Below are positions 39,793-48,624 of a stretch of 64,000 nucleotides of DNA, piece by piece. The position numbers and the translations under genes are program-made. The stretch is from a virus: IMG/VR virus record IMGVR_UViG_3300019360_000002, positions 19,536 through 83,535 of that record; one strand, 5' to 3'. The notes beneath the pieces are model-generated. The model saw only the letters and a program-made list of their open reading frames with translations, did no database searches and was not told the DNA's origin. Every line of letters begins with the position of its first letter. The first letter of the stretch is position 1.

Positions 39793-41853
39793 ATGTACGA
39801 CCTTGTTCCGGTTCAACCCGAAGAGCCGTACCTCTGTGCGTTCGACACCGAGACCTTCCTCATCCGGCAGGGTCTCCTAATCCCCAAGCTCGTATGTCTC
39901 AGCTACGACGACGGGAAAGCCTCTCTACTCTACGCACGTGAGGATGGTCTTGACTGGCTAGAAGAGCGTCTGCGCGATCCGAACACCGTCTTGACCACGC
40001 ACAACGGCCCGTTCGACCTCGCGGTGTGTGTGGCTCGAAGGCCGCGCCTTTTGCCACTCGTGTTCGACGCCTACCAGACCGGTCGCATTCGCGACACGCG
40101 CATCAGGCAGAAGCTCATCGACATCGCGAACGGCGAGCACAAGTTTCACTTCGACCAGCGCAAGGCCGATGCCGGCGAGCCTGGCCGGCAGAAGTCCAGA
40201 TACGGCCTCGACAACCTCGTGTGGCGTCACCACGGCGTGGTCTTGGATAAGGCCAACACCTTCCGCCTGCGCTTCGCCGAGCTGGACGGCGTGCCGGTCT
40301 CGGAGTACCCCGAGGCCGCCAAAGTCTACGCGATGGACGACTCCCGGTGGACGCGCCTTGTGCACGTCTCCCAGGACAAGGCGATGGAGTACGACGCGGC
40401 TGAGACCGTGCCGTTTTTCCCCAACGAGCTACCGCAGACGTGCGCCGCCTGGGCGCTCCATCTGATGAGCGCCTGGGGGCTGAGGACCAACAAAGAAGCC
40501 GCTTACAAGCTCCGGGACAAGTATAAGGGCCTCGTCGACGCTGCTTGGAAGAAGCTCAAGGTGTGGGGGATGGTGCGTGGCGACGGCACCAAGAACATGG
40601 CTGCCATCCGCGAGGCCATCGCTCAGTGCTACACGTCGCGCGGTGTCCAAGTCCCACTCACGGCCGGTGGGGACGGCTCGACCGACGCCGACACCCTCGC
40701 CGAGATCGTCATGCACGAAGACGAATTCGAGGCGCTGGAGAAGAGTGACTTGCCGCTTCCAGAGTGGCCGCCCGAGGCGCGCGTCACCGTGCTCGACAAC
40801 GTAGGTGAGGCCGAGCACGCCTTGACCGCGTTCGTGCCCATCGTCTTGGCCGGTGTCGACTCGCCCATCAACCCGGGCTTCAACGCGCTCGTCGAGACCG
40901 GTCGAACCTCGTGCGAGAAGCCCAATCTACATAACCCGCCTCGCAAGGGCGGAGTCAGGGAGACATTCGAAGCCAGGCCGGGCTTCGCCTATGTGGGTGC
41001 GGACTACTCGACGCTAGAGCTTCGTACGCTGGCTCAGTGCTGCTTAGAAATCGTGGGCCAGAGCGAAATGGCCGAGGCCATCAAGCGCGGTGAGGATCTG
41101 CACGCGTCCTTCGGCGCCGAACTCATGGGTTTGTCCTACGAGGAGTTCGATAGGTTGATCAAGGACGGAGACAAGGCTGCCGAGGACATGCGCCAGCTCT
41201 CCAAACCCGCCAACTTCGGCTTCCCCGGGGGCATGGGGGGAACCGCGTTTGCGGCGTATGCACGCGGTTACGGTGTGAACATCGACACCAAGCGCGGCAA
41301 GGAGCTTCAGAAGGACTGGCTCAAGAAGTGGCCGGAGATGCCGCCTTACTTCCGCCACATCACTGCTATTACGTCGCGTGGAGAAGGGACGGTTATTCAG
41401 CTTCTATCTGAGCGCGTGCGTGGCGGACTGAGCTACACGAAAGCGGCCAACACCTACTTTCAGGGCCGCGCCGCCGACCTCGCCAAGGACGCGCTCTGCC
41501 ACGTGACGCGCGAGTGCCACCTCGGGGTCAAGCCCGACGGCACACCGAGCCCATTGGCTGGCTGTCGTCCGGTAATCTTCCTTCATGACGAGATCATCCT
41601 GGAGGCCCCGTACGACAAGGCGCGGCCCGAACTCGCCTCCGGCGCTGCCAAGCGCTTGAAGGAAGTCATGGAGGAACGCGGCAACTACTGGTGCCCAGAT
41701 GTGCCCATCGAGGCTGGCGCCGTCATGATGAAAAATTGGTGGAAGGGAACCAAAGCGGTGTACGACGACAAGGGCAACATGTTGCCGTCGCGTCCTGAGA
41801 AGGTAAAAGGATCAGACGGCAAGGAGAAAACCAAGTGGGTTGCCGTCAATTAG
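39793..41853 (+). CDS. polA: Family A DNA polymerase with 3'-5' exonuclease
   Basis: Exo motifs DTET, HNGPFD, YAMDD; TGRTS; motif A DYSTLELR; motif B RQLSKPANFG; motif C LHDEI. Confidence 0.95.
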   Translation: MYDLVPVQPEEPYLCAFDTETFLIRQGLLIPKLVCLSYDDGKASLLYAREDGLDWLEERLRDPNTVLTTHNGPFDLAVCVARRPRLLPLVFDAYQTGRIRDTRIRQKLIDIANGEHKFHFDQRKADAGEPGRQKSRYGLDNLVWRHHGVVLDKANTFRLRFAELDGVPVSEYPEAAKVYAMDDSRWTRLVHVSQDKAMEYDAAETVPFFPNELPQTCAAWALHLMSAWGLRTNKEAAYKLRDKYKGLVDAAWKKLKVWGMVRGDGTKNMAAIREAIAQCYTSRGVQVPLTAGGDGSTDADTLAEIVMHEDEFEALEKSDLPLPEWPPEARVTVLDNVGEAEHALTAFVPIVLAGVDSPINPGFNALVETGRTSCEKPNLHNPPRKGGVRETFEARPGFAYVGADYSTLELRTLAQCCLEIVGQSEMAEAIKRGEDLHASFGAELMGLSYEEFDRLIKDGDKAAEDMRQLSKPANFGFPGGMGGTAFAAYARGYGVNIDTKRGKELQKDWLKKWPEMPPYFRHITAITSRGEGTVIQLLSERVRGGLSYTKAANTYFQGRAADLAKDALCHVTRECHLGVKPDGTPSPLAGCRPVIFLHDEIILEAPYDKARPELASGAAKRLKEVMEERGNYWCPDVPIEAGAVMMKNWWKGTKAVYDDKGNMLPSRPEKVKGSDGKEKTKWVAVN

Positions 41854-41970
41854 GCACGTTATTGCGATTCGCACATCAAGTTGTTCCGGTGCTGAATTAG
41901 CGGCCCGTTACAGAGTCAGCCGCGCCGTAATCAGTAGCGTTTTACTTCGTAAAACCTGGAAGCACGTGCC

Positions 41971-42519
41971 TTAGTTCACGTGCTTGTCGGACAGCCGATC
42001 CATCGACCGCTCCGGGCTTGCGCTTCGCAATTTATGACGGTGCAGGTACCATAGCCCGATGCCGATGGCGTCGAAGATGTTCTCGTTCTGCTTGGCGCTC
42101 TGCACCAGCATCACGTTGTCCATCTCCCTCGGCTTCAGATCCGCCAGGCAGCGGTTCTTGGTCACGATCTTCTTGACCTGGCCCTTCCACTCGGCGGGCA
42201 GGATGAACAGCTTTTCCTTCACCGGAGCCAAGGAGGCGTAGCGCTCCATGATGGCCCCGGCCACCGCCGCCACCGCGATGAGGTCGTTCGGGTCGCCTTT
42301 GGACTTGTCGACGCCGTACACCTGCGGTAGTTCTATGACCACGGCCGCGTACTCGTAGCCGCCTATGAACGCCGCGCAAGAAACATCGACCACCGACTGG
42401 GCCAAGTTCTTCTCGGTGTTCTTGACGAGATGGGCGCGACGCAGGTAGTAGCGGTTCTGGTGGTGGTCCCACACCGCTACCCCCGTGAACCGCACGCCCG
42501 GGTCGATGGTGACGATCAC
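41971..42519 (-). CDS. RuvC-like Holliday junction resolvase
   Basis: IDPG, VVIELPQ, PAEWKG, NIFDAIGIG. Confidence 0.82.
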   Translation of the reverse strand: MIVTIDPGVRFTGVAVWDHHQNRYYLRRAHLVKNTEKNLAQSVVDVSCAAFIGGYEYAAVVIELPQVYGVDKSKGDPNDLIAVAAVAGAIMERYASLAPVKEKLFILPAEWKGQVKKIVTKNRCLADLKPREMDNVMLVQSAKQNENIFDAIGIGLWYLHRHKLRSASPERSMDRLSDKHVN

Positions 42520-42747
42520 TTGACCGGCCTCCGCACGAGCACCGTGCGTTCAGTGGTGCGTGTGCGACCCTCTGTAAGTTCGATGACCTCTTGGGCGTAA
42601 CCGGCGCGCTTGTAGCTGGCAGCCGATTCTTGAAGGTATTTTGCAATAACCTCCATTTTCTTCTCGTCTTTGATTACAAGATCCCCCTCTTGCGTATCTC
42701 CGGGGGCGATGAAGCGGTACTCGACTACGCCGTGAAGTTTCAGCATG

Positions 42748-42978
42748 TCACGCCGCCGTCTTCCACGGCTTGATCTTCTTCTTCACCACCTTCCAGTCCG
42801 GCCACGACTGAAGGGAAACCTTGCCGTCGGTCCATACCTCGATCACCGCCGCCAGGTGCAGGCTCGGGGTGCAGCTCTTGGCCACGAGCATGTGAACGTA
42901 CGCCTTGGTCTTGCCGAGAGCCTTGGCGGCGGTCTCGGCGTCGATCTCGTTTTCTTTGAGGAAACCCTCGAAGTCCAT
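42748..42978 (-). CDS. Cro/CI-like HTH regulator
   Basis: AETAAKALGKTKAYVHML...PSLHLAAVIEVWTDGKV. Confidence 0.82.
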   Translation of the reverse strand: MDFEGFLKENEIDAETAAKALGKTKAYVHMLVAKSCTPSLHLAAVIEVWTDGKVSLQSWPDWKVVKKKIKPWKTAA

Positions 42979-42984
42979 GCTTAT

Positions 42985-43013
42985 GAGGTAAACAATTTTT
43001 TGTTGCTTGTCAA
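42985..43013 (-). promoter_or_regulatory. Promoter of the HTH gene with an operator in its spacer
   Basis: TTGACA-17-TACCTC; AAACAATTTTTTGTTG at 42990-43005; ATG 6 nt after the -10 (leaderless). Confidence 0.6.
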
Positions 43014-43028
43014 ATAAGTCGAACCCCG

Positions 43029-43122
43029 AAAAAGGCGACCCCCGCGCCTTGGATCAGAAGGCCGGGGGTCTTGAGCGCGATGGCCGGGTTAGGCGTGTGG
43101 AGGACGACTTCCGGGAGGCGCT
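43029..43122 (-). ncRNA. Candidate ~94-nt small RNA with an anti-SD loop and intrinsic terminator
   Basis: Own promoter; 5' stem AGCGC/GCGCT plus CCGG/CCGG enclosing GUCGUCCUCCAC; terminator stem GACCCCC/GGGGGTC followed by GCCTTTTT. Confidence 0.5.
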
Positions 43123-43128
43123 AGGAAA

Positions 43129-43157
43129 AGAGTAGCAAGTGCCCAGGGTTTGGTCAA
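43129..43157 (-). promoter_or_regulatory. Extended -10 promoter
   Basis: TTGACC-17-TACTCT with TGn immediately before the -10. Confidence 0.6.
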
Positions 43158-43217
43158 TGCGAAAGCGGACTTGCGAAGCACAAGTGGAAGCCTTTAGACT
43201 ACGAGCCGGAGGGACCC

Positions 43218-43427
43218 ATGCCTGCCAAGCAAACCTACTTGATACGTCGCCTCGCAGACGGGACGCAGCGGACGGTGCAAGCCTTCTCTGGGCGCGGCGC
43301 GATGCAGGTGTTCGTCGCCGGGTACGGACCTCCGGTCGGCGAGGACTTCGCCGTCAAGGTTCGTGGCGAAGACGGGTGGGAGCACTTCCGCGTCACGTCT
43401 GGCGGCATCCGCAAGCTTGCCGGTTAA
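43218..43427 (+). CDS. Hypothetical protein
   Basis: GGAGG RBS; upstream TTGCGA-18-TAGACT. Confidence 0.6.
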   Translation: MPAKQTYLIRRLADGTQRTVQAFSGRGAMQVFVAGYGPPVGEDFAVKVRGEDGWEHFRVTSGGIRKLAG

Positions 43428-43439
43428 CCAGGAGCAATC

Positions 43440-43709
43440 ATGTCCGAAGATAACTTCGAGATCATCAAGGAGTTCCGGTCGGTGGATGGCGTGGTTGCGA
43501 CTATCACAGCGCGTCTGCGAAATGGGAGAAGGAATTATACTTACTCCCTGAAGAAAGAGTTCGACAAGGAGGGCGGCGTCGCCCAGACACCGTGGCTCCA
43601 GAAGCAACACCTCAAGGCGGCAAGGGCGCTGCTCGATCAGGTCGAGGAGTTCATTCAGCAGGCCGAGGATGTTGACCGCGCCGCCTACCGAGACCGCTTG
43701 GCAAAGTAG
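43440..43709 (+). CDS. Hypothetical protein
   Basis: AGGAG RBS. Confidence 0.65.
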   Translation: MSEDNFEIIKEFRSVDGVVATITARLRNGRRNYTYSLKKEFDKEGGVAQTPWLQKQHLKAARALLDQVEEFIQQAEDVDRAAYRDRLAK

Positions 43710-44141
43710 ACCGAGCGCCTTATGATAGGGCCTCATGTGGTGGCTGCTGCTCGTGCTGGTTACCGTCTTGGCCCCGTGGGTGCTGTTTGCGTGCACCCTC
43801 CGGCCGACGGTGGGCGAGTGGCAGCTCTGTGACAGGGCTGAGGCCCAATGCCGTAGCGTAGACCCTGAGCTGGAACGGGAACGGCTCTTCCGGCCGCCCG
43901 ACACCTGGGACCATACCGGGCCGGGGCGAGCCCGGCGAAAGCGAGGCGGCGCCGGCAGACCGAGGTGGAAACAGGGCGAAAGCTCCCACCACGTCTGTCG
44001 GGCCGCCTCGTCTGCTTTTCGGGACCCAGTTGCCGTTGTCGTCGACGTTGGCAATGAGCCAGCACGCCGCCGCAATCAGAGGCAGGGTAACCCCCGCAAT
44101 TACCAGTACAGTCCACATGGGACGCGCAGTATAATCAGGCC

Positions 44142-44936
44142 ATGGCCACGGAGAAGCGAAAAGTGCTCGACGCTCAAGGCCGCTCCATTGGTGCCGAGTG
44201 GCAGCTCGACACCGCGCACGGCACCGTGATGGTGTTCCAGCCCGAGGGCTACTCCAGCTCGGATGGATCGGTCCTCTACGTTCATGGCTACTTCGACACC
44301 GTGCTCACGGCCTGGAAGAAGCACCGGCTGCCCGAGCAGTTCTACGTGAGTGGGGTCAAGGCCCTGTTCATCGCCCCCGAGGCACCCAAGTCGAGCGGGG
44401 ACTCGGTGAAGTGGGCTAGTCTATCGTCACTCCTCGACACGGTGGCGATGATGACAGGTGTCCGCCCCGGCGACCCAGTGGTTGCGATCGGCCACTCGGC
44501 CGCGTTCGAGACGCTCAACAAGTGGCTCCCCGAGCCAAGGCTCGTCCATATCACCTTGCTCGACGCCTTGTACGGCTTCGCAGCCGCCTTCCGTGATTGG
44601 GGAAACCAGGCCGGACACACCATGACCCTGCTCGTCACCAAGAGCGGGGCGCCCAGGACCAACTCGGAGAAGATCCTGCCCACGCTGTTCTCGACCGTGA
44701 AGTGGGCCGGCGTGCCGCCCGTCTACGACGACTTCTCCCAGGCGGCCAAGGACGCCAAGACCCTCTACATCGTGGCCAACGAGAGCCACATGCAGCTCGT
44801 CGAGGGCCGCCCCGGCAAGCCCATCGGCTCGTGGGTCATCCCGATTTTGCTTCGCAAGACGCCGCTAGGAGGGGGGTCGCTCGGCCTTTTTTTGCTCCTG
44901 GGGGCGGCGCTCCTCGGGGCCGCCGTACTTCGCTAG
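44142..44936 (+). CDS. Alpha/beta-hydrolase-like protein with a C-terminal TM anchor
   Basis: LYVHG, GHSAA nucleophile elbow, LLDALYG, late His; terminal GLFLLLGAALLGAAVLR. Confidence 0.65.
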   Translation: MATEKRKVLDAQGRSIGAEWQLDTAHGTVMVFQPEGYSSSDGSVLYVHGYFDTVLTAWKKHRLPEQFYVSGVKALFIAPEAPKSSGDSVKWASLSSLLDTVAMMTGVRPGDPVVAIGHSAAFETLNKWLPEPRLVHITLLDALYGFAAAFRDWGNQAGHTMTLLVTKSGAPRTNSEKILPTLFSTVKWAGVPPVYDDFSQAAKDAKTLYIVANESHMQLVEGRPGKPIGSWVIPILLRKTPLGGGSLGLFLLLGAALLGAAVLR

Positions 44937-44947
44937 GAGGCAAGCCT

Positions 44948-45382
44948 GTGCCGAAAGTCACCCTGCACTTCGCCGTAGACGAGTTCGCTCGTAAGGCTCG
45001 CCCAGACGCCGGCTTCCCCAAGGCCGCCCCTTACCCGCCCGGATGGGTCGAAAGCCGTCTACGGCCCCTGTGCGAGGCCCTGGAGGTCATCAGGGAGGCC
45101 CTGGGCGGCAAGAGCATCAAGGTCGGCTCCGGCTACCGTGACCCCTCCTACAACACCGCCATCGGCGGCGCCAAGGCCAGCCAGCACATGGCCGGTCGTG
45201 CGGCCGACATCACCGTGGTGGGCGTGCCGGCGACGGTGCTCCACAGACAGATTCTCACGCTGTGTGAGGAGGGCATGTTGCCGATGGTGCACGGGCTAGG
45301 GCAATATCCGAATTTCGTCCATGTCGATGTGAGACCGGGGAAGAAGCTCGTGCGCTGGTCGGGTAGCCGCAAGGATAACTAG
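44948..45382 (+). CDS. Peptidase M15A (endolysin-like)
   Basis: SGYR...N..IGGA..SQHM.GRAADI...FVHVDVR. Confidence 0.9.
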   Translation: MPKVTLHFAVDEFARKARPDAGFPKAAPYPPGWVESRLRPLCEALEVIREALGGKSIKVGSGYRDPSYNTAIGGAKASQHMAGRAADITVVGVPATVLHRQILTLCEEGMLPMVHGLGQYPNFVHVDVRPGKKLVRWSGSRKDN

Positions 45383-45580
45383 CATGTGCTGCGAGAACTG
45401 CGGCAGAACCGAGCCAGCAACGCGTTCGGCGCGTGGGCTACCTCTTGCCCGGCCTACGTGGCACAAAAACACCAAGGGTCGTATCGCGTGCAGTGCGTAC
45501 TGCGCTGGCGCTTTGGACCAGAAGAGCGGCCTGCGTTGGGACGCGCCGTCAACTTGGAAGGAATTCACGCCGCCGGCAAG

Positions 45581-46993
45581 TTAGGGTGTCCAGGGCGAGT
45601 CAAAGCCGAGCGGCCGGTCGTTGTCGCTGTTGCGGCGGCGCCTTGGGTTTTCGCGCTCACCGCCGGCAGCGCCGAAGATCTCCTCCAGCATCTTGTCCTG
45701 CTTGACTTGATCGGGTGTCTTCAGGCGCTTCGCTGCGTACGTCGCTTCGAGAGCCGGGCGAATGTCACCAACTTCCCACGGGTCGACTTCCAGGAAGGCG
45801 AGAAACTCAAGCGCCTTGAGCACCTCGTCTTTTTTCATGGCGTCGTATCCGCCAACCTTAACCTTGTCTCGGTCCCAGCCTGGCAGTCGGTCGCCCTTGC
45901 CCTTTATCTGGCGAACACGCTCTACGTCTTGGTTGTGCATCTGCGCTTCGATGGTGAAGAGCGGCTTGCCAGACGGCCGGCGCAGGGAGAAGATCTTGGT
46001 ATCGCCTCGCTTGACCGCGCCCGCGTAGCCGTACTGCGTGTCGCCGACGCAGATGCCGAGCGCCGAGCCCTCGGCCTTCAGCTCCGACGAAAGTAGATCG
46101 ACCACGTAGAAGCCGTCCTTGAAGCGGTAGACGATTCGCTCCTCCGGCGGTGTCGCAGCCTCCTCGATGAGTTCCTCGCCGAGGGTTTCACGCGCCGCCG
46201 CCTCCACCTTGTCCCAGTTCACATCGGCCACGAAGTAGTAGCCGATGTCTCCGTAGTCGATTTGAAACTCGTACTTGGGGAACAGGTCGTCGAATTTGAT
46301 GCGGAGGTACGTATTATTGTTGATCTGCTTGACCGCTTCTTCGATCTCGTCCGCGAACATAGGATCGGTAAGGTTCGCCAGGTCCCTTTTGTCGAAGTAG
46401 ATGCCGCCGTGGTCGGAGACGCTTTCCCTGAAGATCCCCTCGCGGCTGTATTCGTTGCCGCTAATGTGGAAATCGTAGTTGTCGGCATCGCGAAGCGCTT
46501 CGTTGATGGCGCCTCGAACCTCGTCTGGAGACGGCGACTCGCCACCCTCGGGCATGAGCTTGTCGGTGAGCTGCTCGACTTCTTCTTGGATGCCTCGGTG
46601 ATCGATGATCTCGTCTTGTTCGCCGAGCCATTGGGCGAAGTAATCGGAGCCACTCTCGATCCACTGCTGTTTGGTGATTTCGTCCGGTTCGAGCAACCGC
46701 TTCTCGCGCTCGACAAAAGCGTCGACCAGCTCCTTCACTCGGGCCAGGCTTTCTGGGTCGTTTTCCAGGATGCATTCCTGGTCGTCGGCGTCGAGAGAGT
46801 TCCACTCCTCCTCGTTGAAGGCGTCGCGAGGCAGAGCCCGAACTTGTGCTCTGCTCATCCCCTCCACGTAGGCACCGCCCACGACCAGGGGTCCCGACCG
46901 CACCGCCGTCATCTTGGGCTTGCCCTCTTCGTCGCGCTCGAACAAGTCCGGGTGCTCACCGATCTTGGGGTTCACGCACTTGTTCTTGCGCAT
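45581..46993 (-). CDS. Acidic protein with a C-terminal PcfJ-like domain
   Basis: ELKAEGSALGICVG...IFSLR...KPLFTIE...QIKGKGDRLP; basic RENPRRRR tail; ATG sits inside a TTGCG-ATG-CGCAA site. Confidence 0.65.
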   Translation of the reverse strand: MRKNKCVNPKIGEHPDLFERDEEGKPKMTAVRSGPLVVGGAYVEGMSRAQVRALPRDAFNEEEWNSLDADDQECILENDPESLARVKELVDAFVEREKRLLEPDEITKQQWIESGSDYFAQWLGEQDEIIDHRGIQEEVEQLTDKLMPEGGESPSPDEVRGAINEALRDADNYDFHISGNEYSREGIFRESVSDHGGIYFDKRDLANLTDPMFADEIEEAVKQINNNTYLRIKFDDLFPKYEFQIDYGDIGYYFVADVNWDKVEAAARETLGEELIEEAATPPEERIVYRFKDGFYVVDLLSSELKAEGSALGICVGDTQYGYAGAVKRGDTKIFSLRRPSGKPLFTIEAQMHNQDVERVRQIKGKGDRLPGWDRDKVKVGGYDAMKKDEVLKALEFLAFLEVDPWEVGDIRPALEATYAAKRLKTPDQVKQDKMLEEIFGAAGGERENPRRRRNSDNDRPLGFDSPWTP

Positions 46994-47001
46994 CGCAATT
47001 C

Positions 47002-47049
47002 CTCTCTGAAGGCAAGCAGCTCTCTGAAGGCAAGCAGCTCTCTGAAGGC
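47002..47049. repeat. 18-bp tandem repeat, about 2.7 copies
   Basis: CTCTCTGAAGGCAAGCAG x2 plus CTCTCTGAAGGC. Confidence 0.9.
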
Positions 47050-47054
47050 CGATC

Positions 47055-47428
47055 CTACCGCTTCTTGGTGAGCGCTCGGTAGGCCAAGATGCCGCCCAGG
47101 ACCAAGGCCACCTTGCCGAGCGGCGACCTGACGAATTTCTTGATGTCGGCTTCCATGCCGGTGCTGGATCCACCGCTCCCGGAGTAGTTGGCTCCCAACG
47201 CCATGCGCCTCACGACGCTGGCGCCGGCCCGACGGGCGAGGCACGGGTTGTCGTAGGTGCGGCCGTCCGAGGCGAGCACCGGGTCGAAGCCGGTGCACGG
47301 GTCGGCGACCACGAACACGTCGGGCGACGGGTAGTTGTACCAGGGACCGCCGCCGTACCAGGGGCCTCCGCCTCCCCGCAACCGCCTCCGCCATGGATGT
47401 CCGTGACCGTGGTGACCGTGTGGGGCAT
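47055..47428 (-). CDS. Small membrane-anchored protein with a Kazal-like motif; apparent frameshift just after the ATG
   Basis: PCTGFDPVLASDGRTYDNPC; C-terminal TM plus KKR; AAGGAG-ATG at 47428 is out of frame by one base. Confidence 0.55.
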
Positions 47429-47443
47429 GGTGATCTCCTTTAT

Positions 47444-47755
47444 TTACACAGGCCCGTAGGCGTCAGGGCCGCTGCCAGGTTCTGTGAAGAACCAGTAAAA
47501 CCGGTTTTGGTCCTCGAACAGAAAGTCGTCTTCGTATCCGACACCCTGTTCTTGCGCACGCTTAAGCGCGTGCCTGTCGTTCGCAACCGCGTATACAGGA
47601 AGAAACTCTTCGATGTGAATGATGGCGTAGCTGTCTTGTTCAGACAGGCTGATTTCATGGCCCCCGTTTGCGCCGAGGTGGGCTAGCAGCTCTCCGAGCG
47701 CGATGAACGCGGCTCCTGAACCGCGTACCTCTTTTTTGTATAGACTGATATCCAT
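47444..47755 (-). CDS. Hypothetical protein
   Basis: AGGA RBS. Confidence 0.55.
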   Translation of the reverse strand: MDISLYKKEVRGSGAAFIALGELLAHLGANGGHEISLSEQDSYAIIHIEEFLPVYAVANDRHALKRAQEQGVGYEDDFLFEDQNRFYWFFTEPGSGPDAYGPV

Positions 47756-47759
47756 GATT

Positions 47760-48356
47760 TCATCCTTTCAAGACGTAGTAGAGCCCGCCCAGGATGAGGG
47801 CGTAGCCTACGACGCCGATGCCAGTTTCTGTGAAGATGGGGATGTTGTTCTGTACGGCGCGCTCACGCACACCAGGCCGCCACTGGTCAACAGGCACGAG
47901 TGGTTCGGCCGGGATAGGGATGAAGCCGAACTGCTTCGACGGGAAGCCGCCGACCGGAATGCCGAAGCGGCCGGTGTACTCGGAGAGCCTGTCGGGCTTG
48001 ATCTTGAGGTCGAAGTGCAGGTGCGCTGCTGACTGCTTGATACCCGAGGCGCCAGACTCGGCGATCTGCTGGCCGGCGCGCACGATGTCCCCTACCTTCA
48101 CCTGGCGAACCGACAGGTGGAGGTAGCGCGACAAGATGCCGTTATCGTGTTGGATCGCGATGATGTCGCCCGCCGGATCGGGCAGGGCATTCTTCGAGGT
48201 GACGACCTTGCCATCGCCGACGGCGAAAATAGGTGTGCCGACGCTGGCGCGAAAGTCTAGACCTTCGTGTTTCTCACCTTCGCCACGATACGGGCGAGGG
48301 TCCCCCCACCCGCTCGCCACGAAACTCGGTCTCGGAACCGGGCTGACGAACGTCAT
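47760..48356 (-). CDS. M23 family peptidoglycan endopeptidase with a C-terminal TM anchor
   Basis: HEGLDF, YLHLS, AHLHF; terminal IGVVGYALILGGLYYVL. Confidence 0.9.
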   Translation of the reverse strand: MTFVSPVPRPSFVASGWGDPRPYRGEGEKHEGLDFRASVGTPIFAVGDGKVVTSKNALPDPAGDIIAIQHDNGILSRYLHLSVRQVKVGDIVRAGQQIAESGASGIKQSAAHLHFDLKIKPDRLSEYTGRFGIPVGGFPSKQFGFIPIPAEPLVPVDQWRPGVRERAVQNNIPIFTETGIGVVGYALILGGLYYVLKG

Positions 48357-48624
48357 GGTGCACCTTGGTCGCAGCGAAGGCTGCCGTAAGTACGAGGACG
48401 AGGAGGATCAGCACTGCGGTTGCGAGGCGCAAGGCGGTCCTGTCCGGCGGCCGGTAGGTGGTGGGTGCACCGTCGAGCCAGGTGGTCTCGGACATGTGGA
48501 AAGCGAGCGTCCGCGAGAGGATCTGCTCGCGGGTCTTCTTGGATGCCTTGCGTTCCTCGTACGACAGGTTTTCGGACATGATTGCCCTCCAGATTGGTGG
48601 TGCGGTGTTGATTATGCAGCACGG

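Noticed and set aside
41939-41955. GTTTTAC-TTC-GTAAAAC hairpin
   Set aside because: Probably a simple terminator between the convergent polA and resolvase genes; too short to support more
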